Origin: an uncultured Candidatus Saccharibacteria bacterium
GTDB taxonomy: Bacteria; Patescibacteriota; Saccharimonadia; Saccharimonadales; CAYLGV01
Length of the DNA: 64,000 nt
Reading direction: 5' to 3'
Assembly (NCBI GenBank): GCA_964394925.1
Contig: CAYMZG010000001.1
Location: forward strand, 195,656-259,655
A model generated the notes under the pieces. The model ran no database searches. It was given only the letters and a program-made list of their open reading frames with translations, and was not told where the DNA came from. The position numbers and the translations under genes are program-made. Shown piece by piece: positions 43,192-52,557 of this stretch (its first letter is position 1; each line of letters starts with the position of its first letter).

Positions 43192-45897
43192 ATGGGTATA
43201 GGGATTCGGAGGAAGTTCGCCTTTGGCTTTAGTATATTGATGCTATTAGCCTTTTTTTCTCTGTTACGAGCAGTACCTGCACACGCCGCAATCAATTCGC
43301 AGATTAACTTTCAGGGCAAGCTAACTAACCCTGATGGCACAAATGTCACCGATGGTACGTACTCAATCCGTTTTCGCATTTATAACAGTGCCTCGCTCGA
43401 CGGTGCTAACCCCTGTAGTGCGAATAGTTGTCTCTGGGAGGAAACGCAGGCCAGTGTCAGTGTGAGCGCTGGAATCTTTCAAGTTAATCTTGGTAGTGTT
43501 ACTTCACTGCCCGGAAGTGTAGACTTCAATACTAGTGGTCTTTATTTAGGCGTCAAAGTAGGGTCGGACGCTGAAATGACACCCAGAATTCAATTCACTG
43601 CTACGCCATATGCGTTTAACAGCAGTACACTCAACGGCTTAAGTTCTTCGGCATTTGGCCAGTTATCATCGAATCAGACCTGGACCGGTACGAATACCCT
43701 GCAGCCAACAACCAACATTACCTCGGCGATTATCAAGCAAACATCTGCAGGTTCACCAACAGCAGATATCTTGAATGTCCAGACCGCTAACGCAACCAAC
43801 ATCTTGCAAGTGACGGGTCCGACAGCAAACGAAGCAGCCGTAACACTCAACTCAGTTGGGGCAACAAGAGCTCTAACGCTCGATTCAGGATCCGGTACTA
43901 TTGTGCTCGGTACTAACACTACAACCCTACAAAAATCAGGTACTGCATTAACATTCGACGTCAACAGCTCTTCCAATTCAACACTTACCATTACTAATGC
44001 TGGCACCGGTGTGGCTAGCTTAGCTGTTGAAGGTGGAATAACTGCTACCGGCCTGAATACGGCTGCAGGTACCAACACCAGCCTTGGTAATTCAACGGGC
44101 ACATTAACAGTTGCTTCTGGTGGCACATCTGCCTGGACGAACACTTCCGGCAACTTGACTATCTCTACGGCTACATCTGGTACCTTAGCCGTCACCTCGG
44201 CCGGCGCCTTGACCGTAACTGGCGCAGCCCCATCGACATGGAGTACTGCTGGAACAAGCTCGAATCTTATTGTTCGTAGCGGTGCAACAACCGCTAATAC
44301 GGCTCTTACTATTGACACTAATGCCGTAGCAGGTGGTAGTGGTGGTCTAACAACCACCACAGGAAATGCCTCGGCCGGTGTCTCGGGTGCAAACAATATT
44401 TCAACAGGTAGTGGTACAACATCATCGGGTATTATCGCCCTCCTTACCGGTAGTGCCTCAACTGGAACGGCCGGCAATATTACCTTGGATGTTGGTACGT
44501 CATTCACTGGAAATGGCTCAATTCTCATTGGAAATGCAGCCCGCGCTCAGACGGTAACAGTCGGAAATACAACCGGTGCTACGGCGGTTAACATTCAGAG
44601 TGGCTCAGGCAATATTAATTTGTCTCCATCTGCTGGTAATGATGTTGTATTCTCGGAGGGAGCTGGCTCAAACATGCAAATCACTGCTTCTGCGGTACCT
44701 ACGGTTGATCAGTTTGCGATATCGAACGCTGGCCAAGGGGTTACAACAGCTGGAATCAATGGCTTTAGTGTGAATTATGTCGGTGGCAATGCGGCAGTTG
44801 AGTCCTCGGCAGTACATATTGACCTCACGCCTGGTGGCACTTCAGGTGGTACATGGAGCGGCCTGAGAATTGTCGCCAATGGCACAGGGCCAGTCTCTGG
44901 TGTAACGGAATATGGTGTCAAAGTTGAAGGACCTACTTCACCAGGAGCTGGTACTGAAACAGGTATGTACATTGGTACTGGCTGGGATACGGGGCTAGAC
45001 GTGCAGTCTGGTGGCCTTAACTTGGCTGGCTATACAAGCGGTGGCAATCCAGCCGATCCAGCTGCTCCAGCGGCTGACAATCTACGTGTGTATGCAAAAA
45101 AGGTTTCGGGCCGAATGTTGCTTAAGTTCATGGGGCCATCTGGCGTGGATTCCCCCTTTCAGCCCGCCTTATTTGGTAACAATATAGTCATGTACACTGC
45201 AACGAGTGGCACAACGGTGACCGGTGGTTTTGGAGCACTCTGGGCTAAGGGTAGTAGCGCAGGAACGGTTTCAACCCCAACTCCTGCAACTACCGCACCA
45301 GCTATGACTAACCAGATACACCGCACACGGCACCAAAACGTAGTAACTACTACCAACCAGGCTATGGGCATTAGATCCAATGCCGCTGATTCATACCAGT
45401 TTTGGACTGGCAATGCTGCTGGTCTTGGAGGATTCTTCTTTAATACAAGGTTTGATGTCGATTCATATCCTGCGGCGACTATAAGAATATTTGCCGGCCT
45501 AGCTTCATCAGCTTCGGGTGAAGTTGTAACATCTGACACGGTAGCAGGTGATGTGGTAGGTCTTTGGCACGATACCACCGATGCTGCTACAAAGTTTAAC
45601 CTTGTAACGCGAAACAACACAACAACCACTAAGGCGGCAATTAATCTGTCGAATGCTATTGCAGTAGGAAACACATATGATTTTTTCATGTTTGTTAAAC
45701 CAAATGACACAACAGTATATTATAGGCTCGACGATGTTGTAAATGGCGTGACCTATGAGGGGAATACATCAACTACCATGCCACGAAATACGGTATTCTT
45801 GGCACCACAGGTAGAAATGAGTAACGGTACCGCAAACACAGCCGTTGGTGGTACTGCGATTGGTGTAAACAGAATATACATTGAGTCAGATCACTAG
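43192..45897 (+). CDS. large secreted fibre/adhesin-like protein (about 900 aa)
   Basis: Signal peptide ending AHA. N-terminal INFQGKLTNPDGTNVTDGTYSIRFRIY module, then ~450 aa of T/G/S/A-rich irregular beta-helix-like repeats, then a ~270-aa globular C-terminal domain. Confidence 0.75.
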   Translation: MGIGIRRKFAFGFSILMLLAFFSLLRAVPAHAAINSQINFQGKLTNPDGTNVTDGTYSIRFRIYNSASLDGANPCSANSCLWEETQASVSVSAGIFQVNLGSVTSLPGSVDFNTSGLYLGVKVGSDAEMTPRIQFTATPYAFNSSTLNGLSSSAFGQLSSNQTWTGTNTLQPTTNITSAIIKQTSAGSPTADILNVQTANATNILQVTGPTANEAAVTLNSVGATRALTLDSGSGTIVLGTNTTTLQKSGTALTFDVNSSSNSTLTITNAGTGVASLAVEGGITATGLNTAAGTNTSLGNSTGTLTVASGGTSAWTNTSGNLTISTATSGTLAVTSAGALTVTGAAPSTWSTAGTSSNLIVRSGATTANTALTIDTNAVAGGSGGLTTTTGNASAGVSGANNISTGSGTTSSGIIALLTGSASTGTAGNITLDVGTSFTGNGSILIGNAARAQTVTVGNTTGATAVNIQSGSGNINLSPSAGNDVVFSEGAGSNMQITASAVPTVDQFAISNAGQGVTTAGINGFSVNYVGGNAAVESSAVHIDLTPGGTSGGTWSGLRIVANGTGPVSGVTEYGVKVEGPTSPGAGTETGMYIGTGWDTGLDVQSGGLNLAGYTSGGNPADPAAPAADNLRVYAKKVSGRMLLKFMGPSGVDSPFQPALFGNNIVMYTATSGTTVTGGFGALWAKGSSAGTVSTPTPATTAPAMTNQIHRTRHQNVVTTTNQAMGIRSNAADSYQFWTGNAAGLGGFFFNTRFDVDSYPAATIRIFAGLASSASGEVVTSDTVAGDVVGLWHDTTDAATKFNLVTRNNTTTTKAAINLSNAIAVGNTYDFFMFVKPNDTTVYYRLDDVVNGVTYEGNTSTTMPRNTVFLAPQVEMSNGTANTAVGGTAIGVNRIYIESDH

Positions 45898-45923
45898 AAT
45901 TTCCCTGAGGTTTATGTAATTCC

Positions 45924-46646
45924 ATGAAAAAGTCCAAGCAAAAATCGAAGGCAAGCGAACTTTTCCTAGACTTACGACCGGTTGCCACGTCTCAGAAAAA
46001 GACAATGACAGAGCGAATAACTGAGCGTAAAACCGTCCTCGCTGTTGCTTTAGTTGTGGTTGCTATGCTTATTATTGGTATAGTTAGTGTAACTTCTCGT
46101 GGCCACAAAACTTTAGGCAAGAAAGAACTAGCTGCAGCTAAAACTAGTGTTGGTAAACATATGATATTGCCTACTGATGAAGAGCCTACCCTCGCTCAAG
46201 TCGACGATAAAAAAGCAGTCAAAGATCCATTCATTGCACAGAAGTCCGATAATGGTGATCAAATTCTTATCTACAGCAAGAATAAGCTCGTTATTATATA
46301 CCGCCCCAGCATCGACAAAATAGTGGCTGCTGGTGACTTGTTCGCTGACCCAGCATTAACCGAAGCCGATGGTGCAACCGTAACCGTACTAAATGGTAGT
46401 AATGATGAATCAAAAACCAAAAGTATCATCTCAAAATTAACCGCCCTCTACCCAAAAATGAATGTTACAGATGGGGGAAAAACAAACAAACAAGACTTCT
46501 CGACGACTATTGTAATAAATAACAACAGCAATAAAGATAACCTGATTGAGTCGATAACCCAATCAATAGGTGCTAAACGTGGCATTGTGCCAATCTCCGA
46601 ATCGGCATCGCCAACTAATCTCATGATTATTGTTGGTAAAGACTAA
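45924..46646 (+). CDS. membrane-anchored LytR_C-domain protein
   Basis: One TM helix (VLAVALVVVAMLIIGIVSV). C-terminal VTVLNGSN...GG...STTIVINN...LMIIVGKD is typical of the LytR/CpsA/Psr C-terminal domain. Confidence 0.7.
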   Translation: MKKSKQKSKASELFLDLRPVATSQKKTMTERITERKTVLAVALVVVAMLIIGIVSVTSRGHKTLGKKELAAAKTSVGKHMILPTDEEPTLAQVDDKKAVKDPFIAQKSDNGDQILIYSKNKLVIIYRPSIDKIVAAGDLFADPALTEADGATVTVLNGSNDESKTKSIISKLTALYPKMNVTDGGKTNKQDFSTTIVINNNSNKDNLIESITQSIGAKRGIVPISESASPTNLMIIVGKD

Positions 46647-46685
46647 GTTGGCATATTTCATTAAATTAAAATGAAGTAGAGCTAG

Positions 46686-47159
46686 CTAATTTCGAATCCA
46701 ACGCTCAAAGCAGAAGTTAATACCATTTTCTTGTTGTGCATTTGATCGCTTAGCAAGCTTGAAGTCTTTTTCGAAAGCAGGGAAAAACTTAGTACATCCA
46801 AAGTCATCTTTTAAGCGAGTAAGGTAGAGTTCGTCGGCTAAATCAAGCGTGCTTTCATACAGCATTGCCCCACCAATGTTCCATATATCACCTTCAAATT
46901 GCTGCAGAAATTCATGAGCATCAGTTACTAAACTAAAACCAGGTGAAAGTTCAAAGTCGGCTGGTGCCGCAACATAATTATCTGAATTAGGATATGGTTT
47001 GTTTAGCTCCAGGTAGTGGCCAAGTCCCATAATTACTGGTGAACCGTGGATGTGCTCACGATATTGTTTAACATCAGTGGGCAGCTTGCCTAGCCAAGGT
47101 ATGCCTTTGTCATTGGCAATACCCCGTTTTTCATCAATGGCTGCAATGAAACGAATCAT
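46686..47159 (-). CDS. folA: dihydrofolate reductase
   Basis: 157 aa. MIRFIAAIDEKRGIANDKGIPW...VIMG...IGGAMLYE...LYLTRL pattern. 4-nt overlap with folC. Confidence 0.72.
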   Translation of the reverse strand: MIRFIAAIDEKRGIANDKGIPWLGKLPTDVKQYREHIHGSPVIMGLGHYLELNKPYPNSDNYVAAPADFELSPGFSLVTDAHEFLQQFEGDIWNIGGAMLYESTLDLADELYLTRLKDDFGCTKFFPAFEKDFKLAKRSNAQQENGINFCFERWIRN

Positions 47160-48457
47160 GCCTTTAGCATAAGCCCGCGAATGTTCGCAAGCAAGTAAAA
47201 TGAGCCAGTTACAATTGCAATTTTGGGTGAGTCATCAAGGATTAGCCTTAGCGCAGCCTCGGTGTTCGGCTCAATCACAATAGATTCAAAACCTATCAGA
47301 CGGGCTTGCTTAGCAATGGTATGCGGATCAATAGGTCGTGAACGAACATCTTGTTGAATCGTATACGTCGTAACAATAAGCTGGCTTGTGATTGGCTTGA
47401 GTAGTTCGAGCACCTTCAAGTATTCCTTGCCCGCTTTCATGCCCAGCAGAACAGGCACCTTTTGGCTCGGAAATGCCACTTGAAAGCTCTTTACAAAAGC
47501 GGCCATCTTTTGTTCATTGTGAGCCCCGTCCATAATCAAACAGGTTGTGCCAATCTGTTGCTTGTCCATTCTTCCCGGCACATACGTTTGCATACTTTGC
47601 TCAAGCTGCTCAGCGCTTAGTTGTGGTAAACTATCACGCTCCGCAACATATTTAATAACAGCATGTGCAAGCTGCCAATTACGTTTTTGAAACTCCGGCA
47701 ACTCCATAAAGATAGTGCTCTTCTGTAGATTGTGACTCGTTACCGAATCAACGTCATGCAGATCAGCTCCAACTCGGCGAGCGTAGGTTTTAAAAACCTG
47801 CATTACTTCAGTCGGCTGCTCGAAAGTAAACGCAACATTACCCTCATGCATTATGCCGGCTTTTTGGGCGCTTATTTGGGTTAGCGTGTTACCAAGCACA
47901 TGCATGTGATCAAAGCCAATATCGGTCAGCACACACACTTTATCAGCATTTTGGCAGATGTTACTCGCATCATGCAAGCCACCAAAACCCGTCTCAATAA
48001 CCGCGTAATCTACCCCTATTTTTTCAAAATACCAATAGGCCATTGCCATTAATAACTCAAAGTATGAAGGTCGTGGTTCAACGCCTTGTATGAGATCTAG
48101 GAATTCCGTCAGTACCACGCAAAATAGTGGTTCTGGCAAGGGCTCGAGATTAACCTGGAGACGCTCAGATAACACATCAATATGAGGCGACACCGTCAGC
48201 CCAACCGTCTGGCCAGCTTGCTGTAATAGACTTGCTATGTAGTAGGCAGTTGAGGTCTTGCCAGACGTGCCAGCCACATGAATGACTTTGAGCTTAGTCT
48301 GGGGATTACCAATTCGAGCCATCAGCGGTTGCATCCGATCAAGTGTAATATCTTTTCCGGTCATTTCTTTGACAATAGGGATATACGGAGCTAGCGCTGC
48401 TTCGGCCTCAGAAAAACTGCTTAATTGCCTCTTGGTCATAGCTTTAGATACTATCAC
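47156..48457 (-). CDS. folC: folylpolyglutamate synthase/dihydrofolate synthase
   Basis: Mur-ligase-type P-loop HVAGTSGKTST, ETG.GG and DGAHN motifs. Confidence 0.85.
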   Translation of the reverse strand: MIVSKAMTKRQLSSFSEAEAALAPYIPIVKEMTGKDITLDRMQPLMARIGNPQTKLKVIHVAGTSGKTSTAYYIASLLQQAGQTVGLTVSPHIDVLSERLQVNLEPLPEPLFCVVLTEFLDLIQGVEPRPSYFELLMAMAYWYFEKIGVDYAVIETGFGGLHDASNICQNADKVCVLTDIGFDHMHVLGNTLTQISAQKAGIMHEGNVAFTFEQPTEVMQVFKTYARRVGADLHDVDSVTSHNLQKSTIFMELPEFQKRNWQLAHAVIKYVAERDSLPQLSAEQLEQSMQTYVPGRMDKQQIGTTCLIMDGAHNEQKMAAFVKSFQVAFPSQKVPVLLGMKAGKEYLKVLELLKPITSQLIVTTYTIQQDVRSRPIDPHTIAKQARLIGFESIVIEPNTEAALRLILDDSPKIAIVTGSFYLLANIRGLMLKA

Positions 48458-48484
48458 GTATCTGTTAATTGTGCACAGAGGGCG

Positions 48485-49966
48485 TTACTGCAGGGCGGCA
48501 GTTAGGCGAGCAATATTATCTTTAAGCTGCGTACTGTAAGGACGTTTTTGCCACTTCTTAAGCGACAACTGATTGGACCTTTTAAGATAGGTTTCGGCAA
48601 CGGCGTGCAATTGCTTGGCAACCTTTGGATCATAAGCAACGAGGGTGACCTCAAGGTCTAAGTAGAATGAACGAAGATCAAGGTTGCTAGAGCCCACCGT
48701 TGCGATAGTGCCGTCAACCACAATAAACTTCGAATGCAGCAGAATCGGTGCCTTGTATAAGTGCACCTCTACTCCTGCCTTGAGCAGCATTTCATAGTAT
48801 GATCGTTGTGCGTGACCGACCATCCATTGGTCCATGACTTCGGAATTTATGAGCTTTACCCTAACACCTCGCTGTGCAGCGCTGGTAAGGGCCGTTAGTA
48901 GCGCATCATGCGGCACAAAATACGGATTTACCAAAACAACTTCGTTGTGCGCATTGTGAATCATACCGGTAAACAATTTAAGATTGTTTTCGTCGATGTA
49001 GCCTGGACCACTCGGCAAGATTTGCAGAACTGAGTCGCCTGCTTTTTCAACATTTTGTGGCTTTGTCTGCATGTCTTTGTGTTCTAGAATCTGACCAGTT
49101 TCAGAATACCAGTCGGTTAGAAAAACAGCTGAAAGTTGCATGGCGATTGGCCCTGCAAGGCGTACGACTAGCTCATCGTAGTAGATGTCATCTTTACGGT
49201 GGTAATTTCGCTGAACAAGGTTCTGGGAGCCGGTATAACCGATATGCCCATCGATTACCACAAGCTTACGATGATTACGGAGGTCGGGCCGTACATAACC
49301 CTTGCCGGGCATTTTCAGTGGCAGCATCGGCTCCGCATTAACGCCGTCTTGTTCAAAACGTGCCAACATGTCTTTCCACTTTGGATAGCGTTTTGTAGAC
49401 AGCGAATCGTATAACACACGCACCACAACCCCGCGGTCCACAGCCCGCTTTAAGGCATCAAAAATTGGGAGCGTAAGTTCATCCATGCAAATAATAAAGT
49501 ACTCAAGATGCACGTAATGTTTGGCTGCATCGATATCTTTGATGATATGCGGGATCACTTCGTTGTATTCAGGTAGAACGGTCACCTTATTGCCCGCAAA
49601 GGCCGGCAAGCCAGTTAGGGACTCACCGAGAACTGACAGCGCATGATAATCTTTAGGGACCTCGGCACTAAGTAGATTGTGCTTGTCGTACTTTTGCCGA
49701 TATTCTTTGAGTACTCCGCCAATGACTGAATCGAGGGTTTTTTGGGCATTTTGACGGCGGCGCGGCAACTTTGGATTACCAAAAATGAGGAATGCGATCA
49801 GGCCGAGGGTTGGAAAAAAGAAAATGAACAGCAACCAGGCTGAGCCAGACGAAGGACTTCGGTTCTTGGGCACAAAGAACAGAGAACCAATGCGAATACC
49901 CCAGTCAACGAGCCACCACAGGGCACCAATAGGTCCAAGAACGTCTGTTAGGAAATGACTAAACAT
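48485..49966 (-). CDS. cls: cardiolipin synthase (PLD family)
   Basis: Two N-terminal TM helices and two HKD motifs (HRKLVVIDG, HSKFIVVDG). Confidence 0.88.
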   Translation of the reverse strand: MFSHFLTDVLGPIGALWWLVDWGIRIGSLFFVPKNRSPSSGSAWLLFIFFFPTLGLIAFLIFGNPKLPRRRQNAQKTLDSVIGGVLKEYRQKYDKHNLLSAEVPKDYHALSVLGESLTGLPAFAGNKVTVLPEYNEVIPHIIKDIDAAKHYVHLEYFIICMDELTLPIFDALKRAVDRGVVVRVLYDSLSTKRYPKWKDMLARFEQDGVNAEPMLPLKMPGKGYVRPDLRNHRKLVVIDGHIGYTGSQNLVQRNYHRKDDIYYDELVVRLAGPIAMQLSAVFLTDWYSETGQILEHKDMQTKPQNVEKAGDSVLQILPSGPGYIDENNLKLFTGMIHNAHNEVVLVNPYFVPHDALLTALTSAAQRGVRVKLINSEVMDQWMVGHAQRSYYEMLLKAGVEVHLYKAPILLHSKFIVVDGTIATVGSSNLDLRSFYLDLEVTLVAYDPKVAKQLHAVAETYLKRSNQLSLKKWQKRPYSTQLKDNIARLTAALQ

Positions 49967-50109
49967 GTATGTATTAATGGTACCTTATGTGTCGCTAATT
50001 CGGGAAACGATTCAATCGGTCAGAAAGTTGTGCAATGTATAAGGAGCTTATGGGCTAATGGTTGTTTACTAATTTACGGGGTTGCAATAACGTATACGAA
50101 GTTAGTGTC

Positions 50110-50751
50110 TTATTTGTCGTACATACTTAATACATCTGCGGCATTTGAGGCTCTTAAGTCTAATATCGTTATTCTTTTTTTCTTCAATACTTCATCAACT
50201 AACCAAGTTCCGGTTCTGTATGCGATCCAGCGTTCATTTAATTCGGGGTGATAGAACTTCCATTTCGAATATACTCCTTCATCTGCGAAAGCTTCTGCAC
50301 TTAATTTCTTCAGTTCTTCTGCCCACTGCTTTAATTTTTCAATCGAGATCTGCCTATAATCGCCATACGGTTCAAGTACTCCAGCATATTCACGCTCGAA
50401 CACCGTGGCCATACCCTCGTAGATCGCATTGTCTATTGCTGAAAATGGACCGTCTTCTCCTGTAAATCCTTGGCAAATATGAAAAGACTCATGGAATACG
50501 GTTGGACGTATGTTTGCTTCCTGCTTTGCTGTATCGTCAAAATGTGGATCAAGTGAAATTGTTATGATACCACTCGAGTAAGCGTAACCCCCGATTCCAG
50601 TATCTTCAAGTATCCCGTAGTCAGAAAAATATATTTGGATGTCTTTTGGTAAATTGGGTAGCAGTTTACGAGCTTCCTCAAACGAAGAGGCAACAAGGGG
50701 GATAAACGGCAACTCATACGATTTATTCTGATAGTGTAATACTTCAACCAT
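50110..50751 (-). CDS. putative zinc metalloprotease (HExxH; DUF2268-like)
   Basis: [11 protein letters not shown] followed by YEGMATVFE, a gluzincin-like third ligand. Confidence 0.55.
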   Translation of the reverse strand: MVEVLHYQNKSYELPFIPLVASSFEEARKLLPNLPKDIQIYFSDYGILEDTGIGGYAYSSGIITISLDPHFDDTAKQEANIRPTVFHESFHICQGFTGEDGPFSAIDNAIYEGMATVFEREYAGVLEPYGDYRQISIEKLKQWAEELKKLSAEAFADEGVYSKWKFYHPELNERWIAYRTGTWLVDEVLKKKRITILDLRASNAADVLSMYDK

Positions 50752-50806
50752 GGTCTAACTATAACAAAAGTAGCCGCTGCCCTGACCTCTACTAATCAAA
50801 TCCTAC

Positions 50807-50883
50807 TGGTACGCCCGACAGGATTTGAACCTGTGACCTTTGGTACCGGAAACCAACGCTCTATCCAGCTGAGCTACGGGCGC
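50807..50883 (-). tRNA. tRNA-Arg (anticodon CCG), CCA encoded
   Basis: Reverse complement: GCGCCCG acceptor, anticodon stem TTGGT/ACCAA, loop TTCCGGT, T-loop TTCAAAT. Confidence 0.9.
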
Positions 50884-50903
50884 GTGAAATCGTATTATAT
50901 CTG

Positions 50904-51533
50904 TTAGGAGCGGGTTATAAAAGGGGCCTGTTGAGTGTAGTTGTTGCTTTCAAGCACATCAACCATTGCTTTGGCTACGCTTTTTCGATGAATGGTTTCC
51001 CAAGGTTGTGGACGATGCTTGCCAAGTTGATAGGCCTCAGGATCACCCTCATTGTTCATTACTGGCGAGCGAACAACACTCCAGTCAAGCTCACTGCTAA
51101 TTAGTTGATCAAGGTGAGCTTCACCATCTTTCAATATTTTTGGTGCGAAGACCGAGAATAATGCATGACTAAGGTTATGTACAAACTTTTGCGTATCACC
51201 CGGAGCATCACAATCGGCGCCAGTCAACGAAACAATGCGTGAAACATGCTGTTCTTGCATGACAGGAATAATGTTTCGCATCCCCTCAGCAAGCACGTTC
51301 TTCTTTTTTGTACCCCAACTACCTAGGGTGCTCACAACAGCATCGTTCCCTATCATGGCCTCTTCAATTGACAACGCCTCATAAATATCACCCTTGATTA
51401 CTCGTAAGTGGGAGTTGCGAGGAAAATGGTAGGTCCCATGAACAAATGCCGTCACAGAGTGACCCCGCTTAAGTAGTTCATCCACGACTAATCTGCCTAC
51501 TTTCCCGTTTGACCCGAAGACAATTACTTTCAT
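50904..51533 (-). CDS. NAD(P)-binding NmrA/SDR-like oxidoreductase
   Basis: [17 protein letters not shown], a Rossmann GxxGxxG motif at the N-terminus. 209 aa. Confidence 0.75.
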   Translation of the reverse strand: MKVIVFGSNGKVGRLVVDELLKRGHSVTAFVHGTYHFPRNSHLRVIKGDIYEALSIEEAMIGNDAVVSTLGSWGTKKKNVLAEGMRNIIPVMQEQHVSRIVSLTGADCDAPGDTQKFVHNLSHALFSVFAPKILKDGEAHLDQLISSELDWSVVRSPVMNNEGDPEAYQLGKHRPQPWETIHRKSVAKAMVDVLESNNYTQQAPFITRS

Positions 51534-51574
51534 ACGTTAAGCATACCAGATTTTAGATGGTATTATGGTACCGT

Positions 51575-51651
51575 GCCCGCGTAGCTCAGCTGGATAGAGC
51601 GTCTGTCTTCGGAACAGAAAGTCGGCGGTTCGAATCCGTCCGCGGGTACCA
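51575..51651 (+). tRNA. tRNA-Arg (anticodon UCG), CCA encoded
   Basis: GCCCGCG acceptor, anticodon stem TCTGT/ACAGA, loop CTTCGGA, T-loop TTCGAAT. Confidence 0.9.
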
Positions 51652-51698
51652 TACAGCCTATGCTTGTATAAAGCATTCTTTAATTAGAAAATAAGTAG

Positions 51699-52478
51699 AT
51701 GCAGGAGCATCAAGTATTTTCTGAACACAGTCGCACAGAAATAACCGAAGTATACCAAGAGATTTGGGTTAGTCTGCTTGACCTTACTGAAGCCGATTTC
51801 TACATTGAATCTGTTCGCATGCCCTCAACCGGACCCTTGGACATTGAAGCAACCGCAGAAGCCGTAGGAATACCCGTAACTTTTTCTGGTGATGTCATTG
51901 GTCACGCTATGATTCGAGGGCTAGATACTGAAACGGGACCAATAGAGGTGTTAGTTTATGATAGAGACGAAGAAAAAGCACTATCATTTAGTCATGAAAT
52001 TGGGCACTACCTACTTTATCTAACCGGTCAACACAAACGAAGAAGTCCGGAAATCGAAGAAGGTTTCTGTGAATATTTTGGACGCCTTATGTCAATGCCT
52101 GAAGTTGATGGCATATCGGAGAATCTTTTAACCGGCGAATTTGTAGAAAACGTTTGTGATGAATATCAGGTTAGCCCGCGAAGTTTCATTTTGTGGCTCA
52201 TGGAGAAGGGTGTATTACCCGAACGAGTAATCGTCGACACGCGCAACCGAATTACTCCAAACCCTGATTATTCGCAAAAAGTAAGAAGGTATGTTGTTTG
52301 TCTAGCCTGTGAGTATGGTGAGTGTACTTGGTCGGGAAATTCATACGACTCTGGACTGCCCGTGATTAACCTCACCGACAAAGAACTTTCTGACAGCTTC
52401 ACATTTACTCACGGTTTATTTGTTAAGCCTGGTGACGCGCAATTTGAGTTACTGCAGGAATTGTATAGTACACCTTAG
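51699..52478 (+). CDS. ImmA/IrrE-like zinc metallopeptidase-domain protein
   Basis: FSHEIGHYLL followed by EEGFCEYFGRLMSMP, which mirrors HExxH...E..AN.FA..LLMP of the ImmA/IrrE family. Confidence 0.55.
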   Translation: MQEHQVFSEHSRTEITEVYQEIWVSLLDLTEADFYIESVRMPSTGPLDIEATAEAVGIPVTFSGDVIGHAMIRGLDTETGPIEVLVYDRDEEKALSFSHEIGHYLLYLTGQHKRRSPEIEEGFCEYFGRLMSMPEVDGISENLLTGEFVENVCDEYQVSPRSFILWLMEKGVLPERVIVDTRNRITPNPDYSQKVRRYVVCLACEYGECTWSGNSYDSGLPVINLTDKELSDSFTFTHGLFVKPGDAQFELLQELYSTP

Positions 52479-52557
52479 GCACTAGTTAAGTTCTAACCTC
52501 GGCAACAATGCTGTACCACATAGAGAAGCAAGCATACGTTACAGGTCTGGATATTGT

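Noticed and set aside
43674-44528. 284-aa minus-strand ORF inside the ~900-aa fibre gene, plus similar antisense ORFs at 45159-45710, 7300-7800, 4186-4647, 21409-21756 and 55254-55679
   Set aside because: These are shadow frames of strongly biased or conserved sense genes. The sense-strand products have signal peptides or conserved enzyme motifs, whereas the antisense translations are low-complexity with no start signals.
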